Shown one piece after another: positions 58,501 to 64,000 of a stretch of DNA of 64,000 nt (within the stretch, counting starts at the first letter, position 1; each line of letters begins with the position of its first letter). Location: IMG/VR virus record IMGVR_UViG_3300022902_000007; one strand, 5' to 3'. The DNA comes from a virus. The position numbers and the translations under genes are program-made. The notes under the pieces were generated by a model. That model did no database searches. It was given only the letters and a program-made list of their open reading frames with translations, and was not told the DNA's origin.

Positions 58501-61500
58501 AGCAGGAGAATATCCATCTACTACAGCTTATGATGCCACTGAGTTCTATAGACTCTATCCAGAGCTGGAAGGTGTGGATCTCGACGAATTGGCTGGGCTT
58601 TACAGTATCCTTCGGTCGCTCCTCAGAGCTACTCGCAGAATGCTGGTTGATGAGGGTGTCCCGAATGCTCATGGCGCTGATGAAGTCTGGAAGAGACTCT
58701 ATGAGATGCCAGACAAAGCTGCGGTCAAGCCTCAGATGTATTCCCAGTTCGTTTACTACCTCGCTCAATTGCTTGGAGGAGATACTGGAATTGAACGTCT
58801 TCATCTTGCAGGTATTGGAGACCGATATATCGATCTCGATGCGATCTCACAAGAAGACAAAGAAGAGCTCAGAGAAAGAGAGCTATTGAACTCAATGAAG
58901 AGTGGTATCTGGCAGCTCTGCTTTGACGCTCCAACTCAGTTGTTCTTGCACACTCTGGCTGCTTATTCATTCTTCAATGATGCTGGTATTCAGGTGCTGT
59001 CTGGTACTGATATTGGAGACATCCAGTGGGGGCAGCTGAACAAGAATCTCAAGCTCTCCTATCAGAGTGAGAAGGCCCAGGATGCTGTTGACGAGTATGT
59101 ATGGCTGCTTCCAATAGACGCCTCAGTTCCTGAACAACTTGCCAATTCGTTCCCCTTGTTGGGAGATGTGGTTTCTCGTGGCGGCGATCTAAGTCAGTCC
59201 TTCGGACTGCATGCGTCTTTCGACAAGTTCCTTCTCTCAAGCTGGCTGATCCATGCAAGGACTTCGGCATTCTGGCCAGAGATAATGAAAGCCAACAGAG
59301 GGAACATCCAGGCATACCAGACGTTGGTTGGAGCTGCAGAACGAGCCTTCCCAGATGACCCAAAAGTTCAAGCTGCTATCGAGCAGGCTGGCAAAGAGGC
59401 CAGCAGTGTGAAATGGACTGCTGATGCCCCTGGGGAAAGCAAAACACAAGAGATCTCAGAAGCCTACAAGGCTGCCGCCGAAGCTGTCATCGAAGCACTC
59501 CCTCAGTCTCACATCAGGTTCCCCTGCAGCACTTCCATAGAGTCCAACAAAATATCTTGGTTGAAGAAGCTGTACCAGACTCTTGCCGACAGAATCTTGG
59601 AAAGTCCTCGACTTCTCGCATTGTTCGGGCTTGAAGATCTCCTGAACTTTGATGCTGGTAGTCAACATCGTGGATCTGAATGCTACCCCGATCTTGACCT
59701 GCCCAAGCATCCTTACTATCCAGAAAACTTCAATGCCACCTCTCCTGATTTCTACATGTGGAACATGTACGAAGATGGCCCTGGTGCTCTAACACAGGAG
59801 ATGTTGCAGGTTGTAAGTGAGCAAGCTACTCAAGCAATTCAGGGCCCTTACGAGCATTTGAAAAGCATGATGGGGAACGGCATCAAGCCGTTTGCAGAGA
59901 GAGATGAATGGCTGACTGTATATGGTGATGACGGCTCTTCTGAACTTACGCCAAGACTTTCAGCATTACGGGCTTCATGGGAGGGATCTGATGAGAACCT
60001 CGTCAAGATGGGGTCTGAATACATCAGTATGCGAGAGATGCAGGCAGCTTTCCCAGACCCTGAAGCTCTGGAAGAATGGAGATCGAGGGGCGACGACGGG
60101 CTGAGGGAGCTTGGGAACAAGGTCAAGTCTTTGAAGGGCACTGCCCAGAGTGTAGAGGCTGTTGATACAGCTATCGGAATGCCTGGAATCAACGACCCAA
60201 AAAGTGATGAATACACGCAGGCCTATTCATTGGAGAACCTGTACAAGACCCTGGTTGATTTGCAACAGGATATCAGGCCTCTCTCTCCTCTCCTCTCTGC
60301 TTTTGATGGTAATCCGCAGTACACTCAGATTCCAAGAGCTGACCTCGACACTTACAAGGACCTCGTAAAGAAGGTCCAAGAGACAAAGACATTCTTTGGT
60401 TCACGAGCTGGTTATCTCGGCGACCGCATCACCAAGGACACAGCCAAGCTGATCACGGATTCTACTACAGACACTCGTGTAGCAGCGTTAGATGCTTACA
60501 CCCATGCTTTCGACCCAGCTTCTCTTTTGAGGCTTGCTCAGGATTCAGCTGCTGACATTCTCTCAGAGAAGATGACTCTACGTAGAGCATATCCTACTTT
60601 CAAGCTGATGTTTGTTGAAGAGGACGAGTTCGAAAGTCGCTGGCTGAACTTTGATGACTTCCACTCTTACAACTCTGTTAAGGAATTTACCATTGTAAGA
60701 AGTCGTGACATGGCTGCCTCTACGGCTCATATCACTCTTCAGAATGTATCTGGAACTCTGGATGGCACCAAGCGAAACGTAATCACTGATTTGGACTATT
60801 TCCAAGAAGCAGAGATAGAGCAGATTGAAGGTGACGCCAAGTATACGATGATGGATGCTCGATCAGAGTCTGCACCAAGAATTGATTCATCTCAAGACCA
60901 GCCGTTTGGAGCCCTGGTCCTTAGGCCAGGGCTGAATGTCCAACTCCGAGTAGGATTCAGCAATGATCCTGGGATGCTCGAAGTGATGCTCTCTGGCCGA
61001 GTCACAGATGTAACCTGGTCTACTAATGGAGACATGGCCGAGATAGTGGTTCAGTCTTTCGGGACCGAGCTCGTACAGGCCCTCAAGGGCAGAGATGAGT
61101 TCTATGACCAAAACGGCGAGCCTAACGCCGAACAGGAGATTTACGAGACTACCCATAAACTGCTGGGGTCAATGATGCTGAGTCCTGAACTCAGACATTT
61201 CGGTAGATGGGAATGGGGCCAGCTTTATCAGTACGGCGAATCCAAAGATTCGCGTCTTGATTTCTATGACTATGCGAGGGATTCTTTCCTGAACAAGTTC
61301 AAGGTGATGACTGGCGTTTCCAGATGGATTGCTCGTCACCCTGTGCTTACATGTGTGTCTGCTATTGGCTTGGCAGCGTTGGCGACCTTTACTCCGATCA
61401 GGGGTGGGGCCGGCTTCCTATCAAAAGGGTTAGCTGGATTCGGAAGGGTCGGCAGGTGGATCGGCCTTGGAAGAGCTGCTGCAACTGTTTCTGATGACGC

Positions 61501-63985
61501 TGCAAGAATTGCTTACAGGACTGCTACAGCGAGAACTGCTCAGAGGGTGACAAGAGCTACGGCAAGAGCCTTGAATAGATCCGGCGGGGCTTCTATCGGA
61601 CAAAAGCTGACGGCTCTCGAAGCTCGGTCGGTGGCTACAGCTGCGGCCTCGGCTGCAGAGAAAGTTGCAGTCGGCTCTGCTGGGAGAGTATCTGCTCGTC
61701 AGATATTCCAGGCTTCATCTGCTGGACGGAAGTTAGCGTTCATAGAGACTGCCGCTGCGTCTGGCACCAGTGTTGATGCCGCAGTTTCTGCGTCTCTGAC
61801 CTCAACAGAACGGCTGGCCTATATCTCTAAGCTCGTTGGTTTCAAGGGTGGACCTGCCCCAGTTAAGTTTGGTGTCTGGACTGCTGGCGGATTTAAACCA
61901 GCGGCTATCGGTGCTGGTAAGTTCGCTTTCGGCCGCCTTGGAGCCTTCACTGGAGCTGGTCTCAGACTTACTTCTCTCGGACTTGGTGTCGCCGGAGCGC
62001 TGGACCTTTCCCGTTATCTCCTATTCACCCCTCTGTATCACAAGACAATTGGCAACTTGAAGAAGTGGTATGCGAGAAACAAAGTCTCTCTGATGCTGTC
62101 GCCGCAGGACGATAACCTCTATCCTCCCTCTCCTAAAGACTATATGCGTATCAAGCCTCCTGGCTTCAAAGAAGCTGTCGGCCGAGTAGCGTGGGGGGCT
62201 GGGAACTCCCTCTTCTCTGTCGCTACACTTACTGGCAATACAGATGATACCGTAGAGAATTGGTGGAAGGCATGGCACAAGTCAGACTGGATGTTGGATA
62301 AGCGAGTTGAGCCTCAGCAGTGTGTCTACCGGCCTCAGAACTCTACTATTTGGGATATCTTCCATGAGATGTCCTTGAGACATCCCGGCTGGATTTATGG
62401 TGCTGTTCCCTATGGAAATAGCTTCCGTTACACCATGTTCTTCGGTGTCCCATCTCAGAGATATTGGAGCAAGCCAGCTGGCAACGACTTCATCTTCAGA
62501 ATGAACATGCTTAGAGATATGCTGGATAAGGGAGAGATTACGAATGAGCAATACAAGAGACTGTATGGTACGCCTGCTTTAGACAAGTTGGCTCGGGAGG
62601 TTGATGATTCCCACAGGTTCGTTACAGATATTGTGGGTGCTGATTATCCTAACGCTGAAGCTTTCGATGACAGCTCTGTAAAGACTGCTCTCACAATCAA
62701 GATGACCAACCAGGCAATGGATGAGTATCTGAAGGGCTTGGAGGCAAGGTTCGTTCCTTTCCGCCGCTATCACATGCTTACTTCCGAGCAGGATATCGTA
62801 GCTAATAACATCATGTCTTCTGAACACAATGTGGCGAATGCTGTCTCTGCCATGTACATGAATGTCGAAGACAAGGATGTTCCTGCTGGCTCTGTCACTG
62901 TAAAAGCCAACACGATGCTTCCTGAGCACAATGTCCGTACTCAAGCAATCAGCTATCCCAACTGCCGTGGTTACACCATGGGCTTGCGCTATGCCATGGG
63001 TCAGCTGATGTACGAGATGAAGCAGATGTATCGTGGTGAGCTACTCGTACTGGGGAATCCAAGGATCCGGCCATGGGATCAGTGCATCTTGATGGACCGC
63101 TACACAGATATGTTTGGTCCGATTGAGGTTGAGCAGGTTGTGGATATGTTCTCTCATGAGACTGGCTACTTGACTGAAATCAAGCCGAATGCTGTTGTGT
63201 TCGCAAACGAGATTGCCACCTGGCCAATCATAGAAGCCCTCAAGCTATTCGTCATGGCTGTGAAGGACAATGAGTCGGGCAGAACCCCGATGGACCCCGA
63301 CCAGATCATCGAGAAGGCCTGGGGTGACTCTGTCTCTGATGAGTTCAAAGAGCATATGTCTCGAAGATATGGTGAGCTTTTTGCTGAAGGTTTCAGGCTT
63401 GAAGACATCTATCCAAATCAGAATCCCGATGCGCTGGGCATCAGAGAAGGAACTGGAGGACTTGCTGCCGCTGCTGACTCTGTCGGGACGCTTGCTCTGA
63501 CTGGGGCTGTTGCGCTGGTTGCTGGTGCTACCACTCTTGCTGGGGTGAAAGTAGCAGGTACTCTTGGCCGTAGCAGCTCTATGCTTACCAAGGTCTTTGG
63601 TGGAATGGCTCTTGGAGCCGTGAGTGGAGGTGTCGTAGCTCAGACCGCCGAAACTGGAATTGCAGCAAAGGGTTTCCTCATAGACAGGCTCGCTGACCCA
63701 CTTGGAATGACCTGGTTGATTGCTGGACCTATCCTCTTCAACAAATGTCTTGAAGAGGATGTGATTGCCGTGATTCCGCTTTTGAAGAATGGACAGCCTG
63801 TTGTCTCTGGCCTCACCTATAAGGATCCTCTTGCTTTCTGGACAAGCATTCGCGGACGTGTTTCCAATATAGTGGATGATACTTACGAAGGTACTCGTGA
63901 TCAACTCACGGATTGGAAGATGTATGGCTTTGAATGGTGGCGTCGTTACAAAGATGAAGACAAAGATGCTCTGTTAGGATGTTAG
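55550..63985 (+). CDS. giant tail-tip/baseplate-hub protein with M23 peptidoglycan peptidase domain
   Basis: HYGLD..YLHM..GNTGRSSGPHLHFE (M23, about 56860-57130); GELLVLGNPRIRPWD hub-like motif near the C-terminus. Confidence 0.75.
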   Translation: MTLPIAGAVVLPRDIFRVNDINLSIPPSQISVRKEDLIWSWKTLRTKASTKVPSGHGMVQASLSIYFTPDLLLDLIRLIVQFRHSPFCWVENEYLRQSICPHWPLYQSMAFTMSSIHVAPFRGHPGTFICEIDLRWFNYFPYAFNYLFRREWLTEPLKNQSNNVQLSIPTYGRVEGIDLPVTQTIITSPQDLANAIEEYDVISGAKRDIVAGSTVQDMEARHGGVVFDNMPLPNRMAKSEAVQDPAASNIYVRYINSLMQKRLWEGFGIDAAGDIIDAVDERYWSRFTAGEEQPSRTFRIVRRLNDISQLPAGVADEWITKILATTKYTTFTWHQYLSVELPPKLQKAMKEFHTKIIEGEVKKFQWMREETQKTLDEWASRKYGASYSSGEIIPGAKPGNEDSLNHLPWYPPCKAAPVTSVFTITPPYRLHPKLNKYLPHYGLDVGIAEGTPLYATNDGILYKEESEGGGLGVYIVHNPLDMRTRYLHMSGYADEVESGETVSRGQLIGYSGNTGRSSGPHLHFEMKKISTGQLQDPFILLTNQSFWNSNTDYPEDVEASDFGTDIDTDLDIDSDVDTDALGNDVRDPDGDSPNVPSNSADIEKGLGDGGAIGLTDEEKQLVADTYAELIDEGWVYYEKDQSVTNVWQRAVSIMVDTDWLLENKEATGELLFKEGAIISSMAGSLQHVIASIPILGHEFPTHQHLGSIEPNYMIEFALLDDGEKNTGIGTIGKMLETMRASLQENARTFRIIPDCWTLATDHFITRLFGSYSETDILLDDENGQTEIKKRSAISASQTETKQGNPGLSAMVFEFSETNPYETEFIVAEPSLVDDIEDRRKEVLHALYDMSLSDPGKTAAILAMGEMLSVDEIDSFRQNDEWKAANGRVGGKDQSVVTFDNFSVAADPMLLTAGAVGLPPSSTDQVDPVQALIAQAAGIGTIGYQEHLDLIDIDTALRNSPELDPLYAEGAGFVSETRNGDFYFKAGEYPSTTAYDATEFYRLYPELEGVDLDELAGLYSILRSLLRATRRMLVDEGVPNAHGADEVWKRLYEMPDKAAVKPQMYSQFVYYLAQLLGGDTGIERLHLAGIGDRYIDLDAISQEDKEELRERELLNSMKSGIWQLCFDAPTQLFLHTLAAYSFFNDAGIQVLSGTDIGDIQWGQLNKNLKLSYQSEKAQDAVDEYVWLLPIDASVPEQLANSFPLLGDVVSRGGDLSQSFGLHASFDKFLLSSWLIHARTSAFWPEIMKANRGNIQAYQTLVGAAERAFPDDPKVQAAIEQAGKEASSVKWTADAPGESKTQEISEAYKAAAEAVIEALPQSHIRFPCSTSIESNKISWLKKLYQTLADRILESPRLLALFGLEDLLNFDAGSQHRGSECYPDLDLPKHPYYPENFNATSPDFYMWNMYEDGPGALTQEMLQVVSEQATQAIQGPYEHLKSMMGNGIKPFAERDEWLTVYGDDGSSELTPRLSALRASWEGSDENLVKMGSEYISMREMQAAFPDPEALEEWRSRGDDGLRELGNKVKSLKGTAQSVEAVDTAIGMPGINDPKSDEYTQAYSLENLYKTLVDLQQDIRPLSPLLSAFDGNPQYTQIPRADLDTYKDLVKKVQETKTFFGSRAGYLGDRITKDTAKLITDSTTDTRVAALDAYTHAFDPASLLRLAQDSAADILSEKMTLRRAYPTFKLMFVEEDEFESRWLNFDDFHSYNSVKEFTIVRSRDMAASTAHITLQNVSGTLDGTKRNVITDLDYFQEAEIEQIEGDAKYTMMDARSESAPRIDSSQDQPFGALVLRPGLNVQLRVGFSNDPGMLEVMLSGRVTDVTWSTNGDMAEIVVQSFGTELVQALKGRDEFYDQNGEPNAEQEIYETTHKLLGSMMLSPELRHFGRWEWGQLYQYGESKDSRLDFYDYARDSFLNKFKVMTGVSRWIARHPVLTCVSAIGLAALATFTPIRGGAGFLSKGLAGFGRVGRWIGLGRAAATVSDDAARIAYRTATARTAQRVTRATARALNRSGGASIGQKLTALEARSVATAAASAAEKVAVGSAGRVSARQIFQASSAGRKLAFIETAAASGTSVDAAVSASLTSTERLAYISKLVGFKGGPAPVKFGVWTAGGFKPAAIGAGKFAFGRLGAFTGAGLRLTSLGLGVAGALDLSRYLLFTPLYHKTIGNLKKWYARNKVSLMLSPQDDNLYPPSPKDYMRIKPPGFKEAVGRVAWGAGNSLFSVATLTGNTDDTVENWWKAWHKSDWMLDKRVEPQQCVYRPQNSTIWDIFHEMSLRHPGWIYGAVPYGNSFRYTMFFGVPSQRYWSKPAGNDFIFRMNMLRDMLDKGEITNEQYKRLYGTPALDKLAREVDDSHRFVTDIVGADYPNAEAFDDSSVKTALTIKMTNQAMDEYLKGLEARFVPFRRYHMLTSEQDIVANNIMSSEHNVANAVSAMYMNVEDKDVPAGSVTVKANTMLPEHNVRTQAISYPNCRGYTMGLRYAMGQLMYEMKQMYRGELLVLGNPRIRPWDQCILMDRYTDMFGPIEVEQVVDMFSHETGYLTEIKPNAVVFANEIATWPIIEALKLFVMAVKDNESGRTPMDPDQIIEKAWGDSVSDEFKEHMSRRYGELFAEGFRLEDIYPNQNPDALGIREGTGGLAAAADSVGTLALTGAVALVAGATTLAGVKVAGTLGRSSSMLTKVFGGMALGAVSGGVVAQTAETGIAAKGFLIDRLADPLGMTWLIAGPILFNKCLEEDVIAVIPLLKNGQPVVSGLTYKDPLAFWTSIRGRVSNIVDDTYEGTRDQLTDWKMYGFEWWRRYKDEDKDALLGC

Positions 63986-64000
63986 AATGTTCAAGCGTGG

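Noticed and set aside
18648-63904. Minus-strand ORFs across the structural arm (e.g. 34042-34905, 40005-41276)
   Set aside because: They lie fully antisense to well-supported structural genes and show no recognisable motifs.

Overview
A 64-kb segment of a large contractile-tailed (myovirus-type) phage genome that splits into two divergent arms at about 17.4-17.6 kb. The left arm (minus strand, 1-17335) is the early/accessory region. It holds four paralogous HRxDGPA-repeat genes, macro, SLOG and HAD genes, two tRNAs (Arg-UCU and an unusual long-variable-arm Lys-UUU), a PcfJ-like gene and a 1087-aa single-chain two-barrel RNA polymerase of the YonO/QDE-1 type. It also has five conserved cUUCGg hairpin-T-tract-ARYGG elements and a ~700-nt structured non-coding region. 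The right arm (plus strand, 17583-63985) is the morphogenesis operon: probable TerS, a DEDDh-exonuclease/thermonuclease fusion, TerL, portal, protease/scaffold, capsid, neck, sheath, three tube-fold genes, an HNH insertion, chaperones, a tape-measure-position protein and a 2811-aa hub/M23 protein. It also encodes a 1729-aa protein carrying both beta-like and beta'-like RNA polymerase active-site motifs, probably a virion-packaged RNAP. The main hypothesis is a transcription cascade that uses two different two-barrel RNA polymerases, with its own early cis-elements and a large ncRNA among the first transcripts. All calls come from motif reading by eye; no database search was run.
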